Assembly: GCA_963803705.1 (NCBI GenBank)
Contig: CAWDNU010000004.1
Location: 320,001 to 384,000 of the forward strand
Origin: an uncultured Pseudobdellovibrionaceae bacterium
Lineage (GTDB): Bacteria; Bdellovibrionota; Bdellovibrionia; Bdellovibrionales; UBA1609
Reading direction: 5' to 3'
Length of the DNA: 64,000 bases
This document shows positions 28,089 through 37,525 of this stretch, in pieces (position 1 is the stretch's first letter; every line of letters begins with the position of its first letter). Both the position numbers and the translations under genes were made by a program. The notes below the pieces were generated by a model. The model was given only the letters and a program-made list of their open reading frames with translations, made no database searches and was not told the origin of the DNA.

Positions 28089-29036
28089 ATGTGGGGCAAA
28101 CTTGTAACAGCGTTGCTATCACTTTTTTTGTTAACTTCATTTCACCAGGCCCATCGCTATCATACGCTGTGCTTTCCAGAAAATGATATGAGTTTTCCAG
28201 AGAACGATATGAGCTTCCCTGAAAATGCCAAGTTGGCCACAGGGTTGAGCAAACCAGAGTTTGATTTAGTCTTGGACGAGTTCGAAGGAATAATGTGGTT
28301 TGAAGTAAATAATGCCGAAGGTGGTGCTAGACTTGTGGTTGAGCGGCTATGGAATAATGACGCTGTAAACGCTTATGCTGTGCCATACGGTATCTATAGA
28401 CAGGTTACTTTTTTTGGCGGTCTAGCAAGGCATCCAAATATGACCACAGATGCTCTAAGGATGGTAGCCTGCCACGAGTTGGGCCATCACTTGGCTGGTC
28501 GACCCTACTGGGAAGAAAAAGATTCTTTAAATCCAACTAGATACATTGCTGGTTCCGAAAGTTGGGCTTCAAGTGAAGGCGAGTCTGATTATTATGCTAG
28601 CTTAAAGTGCTTTAGACACTTAATAATTGAAGGGGAAAAAAATAATTATGGTGTTAAGAGTTCTGATCTAACTAAATACCCGCCAGCTGAAGTTGCACAT
28701 GCAAAAGTCGAATGCGAGAAGAGCTTCACTATGGATCAAGATTTAAGGATTTGTGTAAGATCAAGCCTTGCCGGGCTGGTTCTAGGTCAAATTTTTAAAA
28801 GTCGTTTCATTATGAGAGAGCCAAGTCTAAAATCACCCGCATCAGAAGTTGTTCTGAAAACTGATTTTAAGCACCCACGAGGACAGTGTCGTACAGACAC
28901 TTATTTTCAGGGATCTTTGTGCTCGGTTACTTATAGAAACAGCGTTCATAAAGATGATCCTTCAAAAAACACTTGTAGCCGCAAACAAAATTATTCCGTC
29001 GGGCTAAGGCCCCTATGTTGGTACAAACCGTCCTAG
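28089..29036 (+). CDS. Secreted zinc metalloprotease (M48-like, HExxH)
   Basis: Signal peptide, NAYA, CHELGHHLAG, EGESDYYA, HP..QCR. Confidence 0.8.
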   Translation: MWGKLVTALLSLFLLTSFHQAHRYHTLCFPENDMSFPENDMSFPENAKLATGLSKPEFDLVLDEFEGIMWFEVNNAEGGARLVVERLWNNDAVNAYAVPYGIYRQVTFFGGLARHPNMTTDALRMVACHELGHHLAGRPYWEEKDSLNPTRYIAGSESWASSEGESDYYASLKCFRHLIIEGEKNNYGVKSSDLTKYPPAEVAHAKVECEKSFTMDQDLRICVRSSLAGLVLGQIFKSRFIMREPSLKSPASEVVLKTDFKHPRGQCRTDTYFQGSLCSVTYRNSVHKDDPSKNTCSRKQNYSVGLRPLCWYKPS

Positions 29037-29233
29037 GTCGTAAATCAAGTTTTTACTCAAGTCTTCTTCTTAAATTTTTAGCAATTTATAAAATATTGCA
29101 TCTTGAATATGCGGCAAAGATGCTTTAAACCTAAAAATCATAAGCTGATTTTAATTTGGCTCGTGATATTTTTCATAATGTGACTTACATTCTTTTTTTA
29201 GGTTACTGAGAAGTACTTATTTTTTTTGTTTGT

Positions 29234-29309
29234 GGCGGCCGTAGCTCAGTGGTAGAGCCCCGGATTGTGATTCCGGTGGTCGCGGGTTCAAGCCCCGTCG
29301 GTCGCCCCA
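29234..29309 (+). tRNA. tRNA-His (GTG)
   Basis: G-1; acceptor stem GCGGCCG/CGGTCGC; anticodon arm CCGGA-TTGTGAT-TCCGG; GGTTCAAG T-loop; encoded CCA. Confidence 0.97.
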
Positions 29310-29430
29310 TTTTTAGAAGTAGATTTAGCACAAATAAAAAAACATAAATAACTGTCTACACTTAGTAGATTCAATCTGAGCAAGGTTCAATTGCCTGATA
29401 TTTCATAAAATTTCATTGTATTTCACAGCT

Positions 29431-29474
29431 TGAAGCCTTTTTGAAGCCTCTCTGAAGCCTCTCTGAAGCCTTTC
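29431..29474. repeat. Four tandem 11-bp repeats
   Basis: TGAAGCCTTTT TGAAGCCTCTC TGAAGCCTCTC TGAAGCCTTTC. Confidence 0.9.
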
Positions 29475-29559
29475 AATTTGGCCGAAATACATAAGCCGCT
29501 CTAATTCTCTGGATTCTTCAAAAGCAAAAAAGAAAATCAAAACTTATTGGAGAATCAAA

Positions 29560-29742
29560 ATGATAAGAGAAATTATAGACGCCATAATTGCAATAGCCTT
29601 TTGCTTTAGCATCGTGTTTGGGAGCAAAGAGGCTTACACATTTGTAAAAAAAGAGACAGCAAAATTGCTGAGCCGAGGTCAAAACAACCTTAGTGATTTC
29701 AATAAAAATTTAACCAAAAAACAGTATGACTGGGAAAAATAA
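29560..29742 (+). CDS. Small membrane protein (60 aa)
   Basis: GGAG RBS, N-terminal hydrophobic helix, own terminator. Confidence 0.7.
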   Translation: MIREIIDAIIAIAFCFSIVFGSKEAYTFVKKETAKLLSRGQNNLSDFNKNLTKKQYDWEK

Positions 29743-29764
29743 AAAAGTTCCAAATTTGATGATT

Positions 29765-29790
29765 AACCCGCGCTTGAAGCGGGTTTTTTT
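29765..29790 (+). terminator. Intrinsic terminator
   Basis: AACCCGC-GCTTGAA-GCGGGTT followed by a T-run. Confidence 0.85.
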
Positions 29791-29794
29791 ATGC

Positions 29795-30829
29795 CTAAAA
29801 TATGAAATTAGAGTTTAGTGTCTTAATCATCTGCAAACAAGGATTGGCTTCGCCCCAAAGAGCAGGAAACTCCTCTAATGGAGAAAATCCATTTTTTAAA
29901 TAGAAATTCCTAGTTTTTTCATAGAATTTATCAACTCTATTCTCAGACAGTGTTTTAACGGTCAGAAATTCAAACTTCTGCTTTGAAAGGTCATCTTCAA
30001 CAAAAGCTAATAGCCAAGACCCATAATTCTTACCATGACACTTTTCCTTTAAGCCCATAACATATATTTCAACAGATTTTTTAAAGTGCACTTTGGTGGA
30101 TACAAAGCCAATAATTGCACCTTTGACCTGAATAGCGTACATAGGAAATTTTTTAGACTCCTTGACGTAATTCACTATCGCAGACTCAATACCAAACCAT
30201 TTAGGTAATGACCTTAAAATCTCTTCACAGATCTTAGATTTTTCTTTTTCGGCATCAATCATTAAAAATTCAGTAGCTTCAAATTTCTTAATACTTATTT
30301 TTGTCTGACTGATTGCATACACAGTGGAGGCAATTAGCGTTTCGTCACCTATTTTTTTTCTTATTTCTAAAGCCTCTTCAAAAGCTTTAAGCGCTGATTC
30401 ATAATCATATTGGTCAAATAAATTTTTACCCGTGTGTTGAAGAGCGAAATGCAGATAAGTTTGTAAACTATTTTCAGTCTTACAAGCATCTAGACACTCT
30501 TCAAACATAAAATCTGAAAGTTCAAACCGTTTTTGCCATTGATAGACGTGAGCCAATCTTAGGCTGTTAACAAGCCATAAGTTCACTGGCATTTGCTCTT
30601 TTTCTATATAAACCATTGCTTCAGTTAAAAGATCATCCGCTTGATCAAGTTCGCCAATTAGTCTTGAATAGGGTCCTGCTTCACCTAAAATTTTAACTGT
30701 CTCTTCTGCGCTTTGAACAATTTCTAATTTTCCAAGTAGCTCTTCAATGTATAGTTTAACGTCAGAAGGCGAACAGGGAACATCACGTAAACCTTTGTCG
30801 AACTTATAAGTTAAATCATATTTAGACAT
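29795..30829 (-). CDS. TPR-GNAT acetyltransferase fusion
   Basis: TPR helices (FALQHTGKNLFDQ..YESAL..FEEAL); C-terminal GNAT (LPKWFG, HGKNYGS, FYLKNGF). Confidence 0.82.
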   Translation of the reverse strand: MSKYDLTYKFDKGLRDVPCSPSDVKLYIEELLGKLEIVQSAEETVKILGEAGPYSRLIGELDQADDLLTEAMVYIEKEQMPVNLWLVNSLRLAHVYQWQKRFELSDFMFEECLDACKTENSLQTYLHFALQHTGKNLFDQYDYESALKAFEEALEIRKKIGDETLIASTVYAISQTKISIKKFEATEFLMIDAEKEKSKICEEILRSLPKWFGIESAIVNYVKESKKFPMYAIQVKGAIIGFVSTKVHFKKSVEIYVMGLKEKCHGKNYGSWLLAFVEDDLSKQKFEFLTVKTLSENRVDKFYEKTRNFYLKNGFSPLEEFPALWGEANPCLQMIKTLNSNFIF

Positions 30830-30912
30830 TATAATTTTTTCCTGCACGTTTTTTAAAAAAAACAGAGACTTGTTTGGCTGATTTATTCACGTAATCTAAT
30901 CAAGGGATTTGG

Positions 30913-32004
30913 TTAGTTTAAATAAAAATATGAATCAATAGTATTTGAAATATCTTCTAAAACAGGAGTATCAAGCTTTCGATAAAAGACATCATCAAAA
31001 CTTGACCTTAAATCTAGTGCATGCCCTCTTTGAGCAAAATACTTAAATTTTAAATTAGAGTTTTTCCACACAATATTATTAGCTGTTTCAATAGCTTTCA
31101 CAACGTAACTAGGCGTTTGATTATCCCATTCGCCATGAAGAAATAGAACTTTCTTTTTAATCTTTTTTAATATGTCTGAAGGGCGACCCATTTTAATTTC
31201 AAAATTGCGAATTGAAGCATTATGAAATTGATCAACAAAAAGGTAATTCAAATAATTTGCAGAATTAAACTCAGTCAAATCTAACTCACCATTTCTATCA
31301 AGATCGATTGTACCCATCTTACGTAATAGCTGCGGAGATTGTTTAAGCTCTACAATATCAAGATTAAAATTGCTATCAATATCTAGGGATGTAAAATATC
31401 GCGAAGACCTATATACAATCTGTTCAAAAGAGACTGTTGTTAAAGGTTCATTATAAAATCCAATCAAAATTACGCCATCAACATCTTGGCTCTCATTTAA
31501 AGCAAAAAGAGCTAAATTAGTTCCCTGGCTATGTCCAAGGATGTATATTTTTTGTTTTGGATCTAGGGATTTGGCATATTTAATAAAAATAAGCAGATCA
31601 TCATAAAATATCTGCATAGGGTCGTTTAAAAATTTTATGTATTCTTCAGATTCTTCATAACCTATTTTTCTTTTAATCAATTCAGCAGCTGAATAAGATC
31701 TTTTATCATATCTTAATGTCGTGAAACCTTTATCTCTAATTGTAGATGCAATATCTTTAAAAAATAAATTGGTAGTGTCTTTAGGTAAAGATATAGATGA
31801 CAAGTCGACATCCATATTATTAGGACCTGAACCATGAACTAAAATCACAGTTCCTTTTGAATTCTTCGCAGGGTATTCAATTGTAAATGGTAGATCAGTG
31901 CCATTAATCTGAGGAGGTTCTATAACTTTAGAAAAAGAATTGTTAGCCATTAACAAAGATAAAATTAATGTAAATATAGAATTAATCATAACAGCGCTAC
32001 TCAT
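30913..32004 (-). CDS. Secreted alpha/beta hydrolase with EF-hand insert
   Basis: HGSGP, GHSQG, GEWD, GHAL; EF-hand loop DLDRNGELDLTE. Confidence 0.85.
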   Translation of the reverse strand: MSSAVMINSIFTLILSLLMANNSFSKVIEPPQINGTDLPFTIEYPAKNSKGTVILVHGSGPNNMDVDLSSISLPKDTTNLFFKDIASTIRDKGFTTLRYDKRSYSAAELIKRKIGYEESEEYIKFLNDPMQIFYDDLLIFIKYAKSLDPKQKIYILGHSQGTNLALFALNESQDVDGVILIGFYNEPLTTVSFEQIVYRSSRYFTSLDIDSNFNLDIVELKQSPQLLRKMGTIDLDRNGELDLTEFNSANYLNYLFVDQFHNASIRNFEIKMGRPSDILKKIKKKVLFLHGEWDNQTPSYVVKAIETANNIVWKNSNLKFKYFAQRGHALDLRSSFDDVFYRKLDTPVLEDISNTIDSYFYLN

Positions 32005-32242
32005 TTTTACCCCAACTCCAAGAAGGAGCTTCACCTTTTAAATAACAAATAATCAAAAGTGTGACTGTTGATATAAAAATAAAAAAACCAAATTGTAATC
32101 TACTGAAAGCTTCAAAAAACATAGTTGTAGAAAGAATTGTAAATATATAAACAAGCACTACAGACCAGCCATATCTATTAGAAGGCGTCCATCCCCATCC
32201 ATAATCTCTTTTTTTAAACCAAAATACTTTACTATCGCTCAT
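31997..32242 (-). CDS. Small membrane protein
   Basis: WFKKRDYGWGWTP..YGW plus two TM helices; GAGGAG RBS. Confidence 0.75.
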   Translation of the reverse strand: MSDSKVFWFKKRDYGWGWTPSNRYGWSVVLVYIFTILSTTMFFEAFSRLQFGFFIFISTVTLLIICYLKGEAPSWSWGKNE

Positions 32243-32252
32243 TAATCGCTCC

Positions 32253-33131
32253 TCATTCAATTAAGCTTCCTCCGAACTCTTCTTTGATATCTTTTGCTAG
32301 CTGCTCTTTCTCAGTCAAGGGTTTTAGTTTATATTGACCATCCGTGTTCTCAAACTTTTGGTATAGGGTCGAATACATCTCGTTATTAGCTAGTTTAAAT
32401 TCAAAAGTTCTTCGGCCACAAACAGCTTTAAATACGACTTCACCTTTAAAGTCTTGTGTTGGGCTAAAGGACACTCTTTTTCCACTGGGTAAAACTTTAT
32501 ATTCAATTTCATTTTTGTTGGTAATAGGCGAAAGAATATTGGTCTCACAGGGAAAGTCTGAATTAGTAACTATGTCACTATCAACCATCAAGGTTTTATC
32601 AATCAGCTCTTCACTTGGCTCTGTGACTATGAGCTCTTTAAAGTTATGAATTTTAGCCGAGCTGCTATTGGCCAAACTGTTATTTTTAATATCAAAAACG
32701 ACTTTAAATACATAAGGAAAGTTTTTGGAATCATCTAATGACTTTTTCATGTTTAGATAAACTACGTACTTGCCATCTTTTTTTCTTCTTATGATTTTTT
32801 CTAGATCGTAAGAACGCTTAGCTTTTTTACTCATTAAAAAATCAAGATTTTCTTTATAACCCTCTAGCAACTTTTGCCTTGATTCAGACTCAACTAAGTT
32901 CTCCACTGATTTAAAAATTTGTTTAGTGTTAGAGTTTTCATCAAAAGGGTAATATGCAGCCAAGAATTTTAAAATTATTTCGTAATCATTTTTAACATTT
33001 AGCACTGGCTTTAGTACTTGATTTTTAGATCTAAAATAGTTCACAACAGTCTGAACTCTCGGGTTCTCATAAGCTAAAAAGTGAATAACAAATAACCAAA
33101 TGATAAGAAAACTATATAGATATTTTTTCAT
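32253..33131 (-). CDS. Membrane-anchored hypothetical protein, possibly TraE/VirB8- plus TraK/VirB9-like
   Basis: N-terminal TM, then a helix/strand pattern like VirB8, then a beta region (VTNSDFPC..SGKRVSFSP..FEFKL) like the TraK N-domain; pattern only. Confidence 0.4.
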   Translation of the reverse strand: MKKYLYSFLIIWLFVIHFLAYENPRVQTVVNYFRSKNQVLKPVLNVKNDYEIILKFLAAYYPFDENSNTKQIFKSVENLVESESRQKLLEGYKENLDFLMSKKAKRSYDLEKIIRRKKDGKYVVYLNMKKSLDDSKNFPYVFKVVFDIKNNSLANSSSAKIHNFKELIVTEPSEELIDKTLMVDSDIVTNSDFPCETNILSPITNKNEIEYKVLPSGKRVSFSPTQDFKGEVVFKAVCGRRTFEFKLANNEMYSTLYQKFENTDGQYKLKPLTEKEQLAKDIKEEFGGSLIE

Positions 33132-33581
33132 CTAATTTTTAATTTCCTTATTTAAGTCTTTATCTTGGTTTACAGGTCTAGCCTTTAAAATAGTTTCTGC
33201 AATGTATTTTTCTTGCTCGTTTATAGGAATTACTTTTCGACCCTTATGAATCTCATAAATAACTTTAACGCTTTTACCACTTTTTTTATCAATCATATAA
33301 CCAAGCTTTTCATCAATTTTCATAAATTCATTTTTAGCTTTGTAATCCTCAAACTCTTTTTTTGCCTCTTCTAATTCTTGTTGATCGCCCCATATATAGT
33401 CTGTAACAAACTTAGCAATTAAGCCAAAAGTTGCACCAGACTCTAGAGTTCTTAAAACTTTTTTTATCAGTTCATAATTTTTTTTATGATACACTTCATC
33501 TGAAAATTCGTAGTTCCAATCCTTAAGATAACTTGTAATTTTAGCTTCTGTCTTTTGAATATATGACTGCTTTAAAATCAT
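33132..33581 (-). CDS. Hypothetical protein (N-terminus possibly truncated)
   Basis: 149-aa ORF directly abutting the next gene; starts next to a junction with a gene fragment. Confidence 0.55.
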   Translation of the reverse strand: MILKQSYIQKTEAKITSYLKDWNYEFSDEVYHKKNYELIKKVLRTLESGATFGLIAKFVTDYIWGDQQELEEAKKEFEDYKAKNEFMKIDEKLGYMIDKKSGKSVKVIYEIHKGRKVIPINEQEKYIAETILKARPVNQDKDLNKEIKN

Positions 33582-33600
33582 AAAAACAAAAGCTAGGGCT

Positions 33601-34072
33601 CGGATGTGCTCTGCAAAAATTCAGATGCCAAGTTTGATGGATCGAAAAGAAGATATCCCGTACATATGTCAAAATTTAACGGATTCACTCAAAGAAGAAA
33701 GTGGTAAAAATATTTCATACACAGATTTTCCAGCAATTTTAAAAAACTATTTTCAGCGTGATTATATTCCATTTAACATTAGAGGCATTAAAAGTGACTT
33801 AGAGCGAATAATGATCTATTGCCCTGTTAAATTTGACGGTGATATTGATTACCGTGGCTGGCGAAAAATCTTAGCGAGTGAATCAAATCAGTTAAACTCC
33901 AAAGACACTCAGTCTTATAACATTGATAACATTATGGAGCTTTTAGTTGAGCGCATGGGTAATGATGATTGGCCAGGTCTACATAGTATTAAAGACCAGC
34001 TAGAAGAAAAAATTTTACTTAGAGTGCAAGAAAAGTTTTCTACAAATAAATCCCGAGCCAAAGTGCTGCGCC
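33601..34072 (+). pseudogene. Fragment of a sigma54-dependent AAA+ activator
   Basis: IQMPSLMDRKEDIP and PFNIRGI (cf. PPLRERxEDI, WPGNVREL); Walker A/GAFTGA missing; Fis-HTH cut after NKSRAKVLR. Confidence 0.75.
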
Positions 34073-34381
34073 TACTATACCACTTCCGGCTTCAAATAGA
34101 GTGTCGTCAGTCACGACTACATTTAAATTTTCAATTGTTTCTTCAAAATCTAACAAATCGATATTGGATAATGAATTATTTTTTATATTAGTCCTAATCA
34201 ACTCTACATAGCTAAAAAATTCAATCTTTACGCTGTCCCCACCATTTCCTATAACGTCACCGTTTAAGGCTAATTTCTGGTCTTTAGAACTTTTGACTTC
34301 TGAATCATTGTTACAACCCATTAAGACTAAGGTTGTTATTGCCATTACAAATATTACGAATTTTTTGACTATTTTATTCAC
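34040..34381 (-). pseudogene. Truncated GNGGD-type lipoprotein
   Basis: LMGC lipobox, GDVIGNGGD motif; runs head-on into the activator fragment after ~95 aa. Confidence 0.6.
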
Positions 34382-35229
34382 TTAGGAGCTCCCTCTGTTT
34401 CTATTTTATTAATTTCAAAATAAGGTATAAATTGTAAATTGAGCTGATAAATACTGTTCGGATTTATTGTCTTGAATTTAGTGTTAAAGCTATCAATAAA
34501 ATTTCTAATCTCTTGTTTAGCTAGTGCAATGTCTTTACTTTCAAACTCAAGCGTTAATGACTGAAGCTCTCTTTTTTCAACAGGTAGTTTTCTAATCGAA
34601 GACAGTGAGTTTTCAATTGCAGATTCATGGAACTTTTTTATAGCCTCTTGAGGTATGTCATTTGTTGTTTTTAAATTAGACTTTTCAGTACATATAGTTC
34701 CGTTTTTTATTTCAAGTAAGCCAAAAGACTCTAAAGAATTTATAATTTTTTTAATTTGATGTTTAGAAATTTTAAATTGAAGTCCTTTATATATTTGATC
34801 TAAATCAAATTTGAAGTTCTTAAAAAATGCCAATCTTCTTAAGACTATTGGCTCCCAGCTAGAAAACAACTTAAAGTGTTCAGAGTTAAAAAGCTCAAAG
34901 TTTTTATAAGGATAAAGCTTTTCCAGCTCATTTAAAATTAAATTTTTAGTTAGACTTTCATCAGAAGTCTTTTCAAGTTCAATTAAGTTTAAAAAAAAGT
35001 CTTTTTCCCTTTTGTTAAACTTAAAGTAATTTACAAAAGCTGAAGTAATTTTTTTGCCAGGCTTTCGTTCACCATTTAGTATCATTGTAAGTGAAGCGGT
35101 ACCCTTTAAACCTAACTTTTTAGCCCATTGGGATTTGCTCCAGTGAACATTAAATTTCTTCTTGGATTCGGCATAGTTGTTTAAAAACAACCTATAGTTA
35201 CTAAATTCATAAATTTTACTGTTTTCCAT
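34378..35229 (-). CDS. TIGR02147/DUF4423 family HTH protein
   Basis: YRLFL, WAKKLGL..SLTMILNGER HTH, IKKFH, YQLNLQFIP. Confidence 0.88.
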   Translation of the reverse strand: MENSKIYEFSNYRLFLNNYAESKKKFNVHWSKSQWAKKLGLKGTASLTMILNGERKPGKKITSAFVNYFKFNKREKDFFLNLIELEKTSDESLTKNLILNELEKLYPYKNFELFNSEHFKLFSSWEPIVLRRLAFFKNFKFDLDQIYKGLQFKISKHQIKKIINSLESFGLLEIKNGTICTEKSNLKTTNDIPQEAIKKFHESAIENSLSSIRKLPVEKRELQSLTLEFESKDIALAKQEIRNFIDSFNTKFKTINPNSIYQLNLQFIPYFEINKIETEGAPK

Positions 35230-35458
35230 TCAAATCAATTAAAACGTAGCGTTAACAAAATCAAATAAAAAGTTAGCAAATATGAAAATTGCATTAGCAG
35301 GTTTGCTAACGATGTCATTTATTGCTAGACAGCTAAATTGTATTTGAGTTTAAGAAGTTAAATACGTTGTTATCAAATTTAGAAATTTGTGAATACCATT
35401 GATTGTTGTATCTGATAGAACCTAAACAAAGTTTTAACTATTTTTCAAAAAACAGGAA

Positions 35459-36658
35459 TTACTGTGCCAAGAGTTCTTCCATATATTTAATGATCAAATC
35501 TAATGAAGCTTTTTCCATAGGTCCATAAAGCATGTCCTTTCCCAAAGCATGACCAGTGCCATGCACATTAACTAATTGTATTGGGTGACCTGATTTAGGA
35601 TCTTGTGAATCAATTAAATTTTTTTGACGATTAAAATCAACCTGAACGTCCTTATCACCATTTAGATAAACAACCCGACCCATATAATCGCTTAGATAAT
35701 CTGATACGCTTGTATTATCTAAAAAAAACATTTTCCACCAGCTGTAAGACGCTATAATAGTCCCATCAGAATCACGAAATGGATCTGAATCATTTTTCCT
35801 CATCGCTTCATTCATCATATATTGATATGAAAGAGCACCTTCTTCAGCCAAACCTATAAGATCGACATAGCCATCTGGCGAAATCAGATCTTCAACAGAT
35901 AGCCGGGCTAAGTTAGTTGGCTCATTCTTATATGCAATAGCAATTTCACTATTATCAATTTTACCATCATTGTTTATATCAAGCGAACTAGGTGCATCAA
36001 TAAGTCTTAAGCTCACTTGCCACTCAAATGTTGAAGCAATGCTTTCGGCCATACCTCCTAAAAACAAAACACCTTTAGGTTGTATCCGGTTTTCTTGAAT
36101 TAGCTTAGAGATATGCAGTGACCCTTCAGAATGCCCCAATGTGAAAACTTCGACCCCTTTGTTTTTAGCATAGCTAGCCGCAAATTTATAAACAGATTCA
36201 ATATCTTCTCTAATGTTTGCAGGGCTAACTGATTTACGAACATTCGGATCAACACAGTGTTTTATAAAATGAGCCATTATTTGCTCTTCAGAGCAGTTAT
36301 GACAAATTGGCATAGTCTTTTTATTACATTTAATTCCACGATAATCGAACCTTGCAACAGCAAATCCTTGTGATGTCAGTTGCTCTGAGATCTTCTTAAA
36401 AATTAATTCTTCAGTAGAATCAGTAATGCCAAAATCAACATCTCTATCATGTAGTCCTGACCCAGGAACCAATAGAACTACACCTCGGGGTTCAATTGTA
36501 GCTGGTAAATCAATTTGACCCGAAAGAGAGGTCGTCTGATCCTTGCTGTTAATATTAAATTGTATTGAATTCAAATAGTTCGTACAGATTTGAGCTGACA
36601 AGACCAGTTCAAATTTAAAAAAAATTATAAACATAAAAGCTATTCTAAACATATTCAT
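35459..36658 (-). CDS. Secreted alpha/beta hydrolase with EF-hand insert
   Basis: PGSGLHDRD, GHSEG, GDKDVQV, GHAL; EF-hand loop DINNDGKIDNSE. Confidence 0.85.
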   Translation of the reverse strand: MNMFRIAFMFIIFFKFELVLSAQICTNYLNSIQFNINSKDQTTSLSGQIDLPATIEPRGVVLLVPGSGLHDRDVDFGITDSTEELIFKKISEQLTSQGFAVARFDYRGIKCNKKTMPICHNCSEEQIMAHFIKHCVDPNVRKSVSPANIREDIESVYKFAASYAKNKGVEVFTLGHSEGSLHISKLIQENRIQPKGVLFLGGMAESIASTFEWQVSLRLIDAPSSLDINNDGKIDNSEIAIAYKNEPTNLARLSVEDLISPDGYVDLIGLAEEGALSYQYMMNEAMRKNDSDPFRDSDGTIIASYSWWKMFFLDNTSVSDYLSDYMGRVVYLNGDKDVQVDFNRQKNLIDSQDPKSGHPIQLVNVHGTGHALGKDMLYGPMEKASLDLIIKYMEELLAQ

Positions 36659-36771
36659 AATATCTGAACCTTACTTAACACAAGCCAGTTATCATATCCA
36701 ATTTATTAAATAAAAATTAAGATTATTATAGCTTAAGTTCATAAATTTACGCTCTTAGCGTTATAGTGAAT

Positions 36772-37518
36772 TTATGACAAACCAGTGCTATGTACATTTT
36801 TTTTCATATTTTGTATTATGAATAAGTAAGTCAGAATAATAGCAACTAAAACCTCGACGCCAATAGACTGAGCTTTAGATGGAGTCCAATTCACACCCAA
36901 ATTACCTTGAGCTAAAATCATTTCTAAAAAGTTATTCGAAAAATGAGCTCCGATTGGAGCCCACATTGTTTTAGTTAAAAAAAACAAAATACCTAAAGAA
37001 TACCCTGCAACGAATAGATAAAAACCATCATATAGCAAGTTCATTGCTGGGTTGAATATATGTAAAACAGCGAATAAAAAACCAAAAATAATACAAGCAC
37101 CAAATTCTGAATATTTTTGTGCTGCAAACTGCAGGGGAACCCCTCTAAACCAAAGCTCTTCCCAGGTAACTATACATAAGGTACCCAGAATGGCTGGAAC
37201 CCAATCGAGCTTAACATAAGTTACATAGACCAATTTACTGAAGAGTAAATCTATAATGAAAGGTATTAAAATGAGCGAGCCGATTAACATACCCAAAGCA
37301 AGATAATGAATTTTTGAAAATCGATATGTTGATATGGCAGGCTTAGTTAAACCTGTAAGGTAAGCCAGGACGAGATTCAAAGTTCCAAACATAATTAAAA
37401 GTATATACTTGGAAGAAAATCCACCATAAATTTTAGATATTTGCTCAGATAATAGCAGAAGCAAAACACCAGACATAACAGTTAGAATAGGCGAAATTCT
37501 AGATAATAAGTTATTCAT
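36772..37518 (-). CDS. CPBP (Abi/CAAX) intramembrane metalloprotease
   Basis: EELWFRG, FAVLH, AHFSNN. Confidence 0.9.
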   Translation of the reverse strand: MNNLLSRISPILTVMSGVLLLLLSEQISKIYGGFSSKYILLIMFGTLNLVLAYLTGLTKPAISTYRFSKIHYLALGMLIGSLILIPFIIDLLFSKLVYVTYVKLDWVPAILGTLCIVTWEELWFRGVPLQFAAQKYSEFGACIIFGFLFAVLHIFNPAMNLLYDGFYLFVAGYSLGILFFLTKTMWAPIGAHFSNNFLEMILAQGNLGVNWTPSKAQSIGVEVLVAIILTYLFIIQNMKKNVHSTGLS

Positions 37519-37525
37519 ATCTTAA

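Noticed and set aside
29165..29195. dif-like sequence (TTTTCATAATGTGACTTACATT)
   Set aside because: The XerD arm matches TTATGTTAAAT poorly; more likely part of the tRNA promoter region
29431..29474. CRISPR interpretation of the tandem repeats (also 17083-17116)
   Set aside because: Repeats are too short, have no spacers, and no cas genes are present
34069..34095. Junction sequence as a tRNA-derived att site
   Set aside because: Only superficially tRNA-like; it does not match the tRNA-His 3' end and cannot form a cloverleaf
34073..34191. C-terminal tail of the 33604-34191 ORF
   Set aside because: Read-through into the antisense strand of the truncated lipoprotein gene
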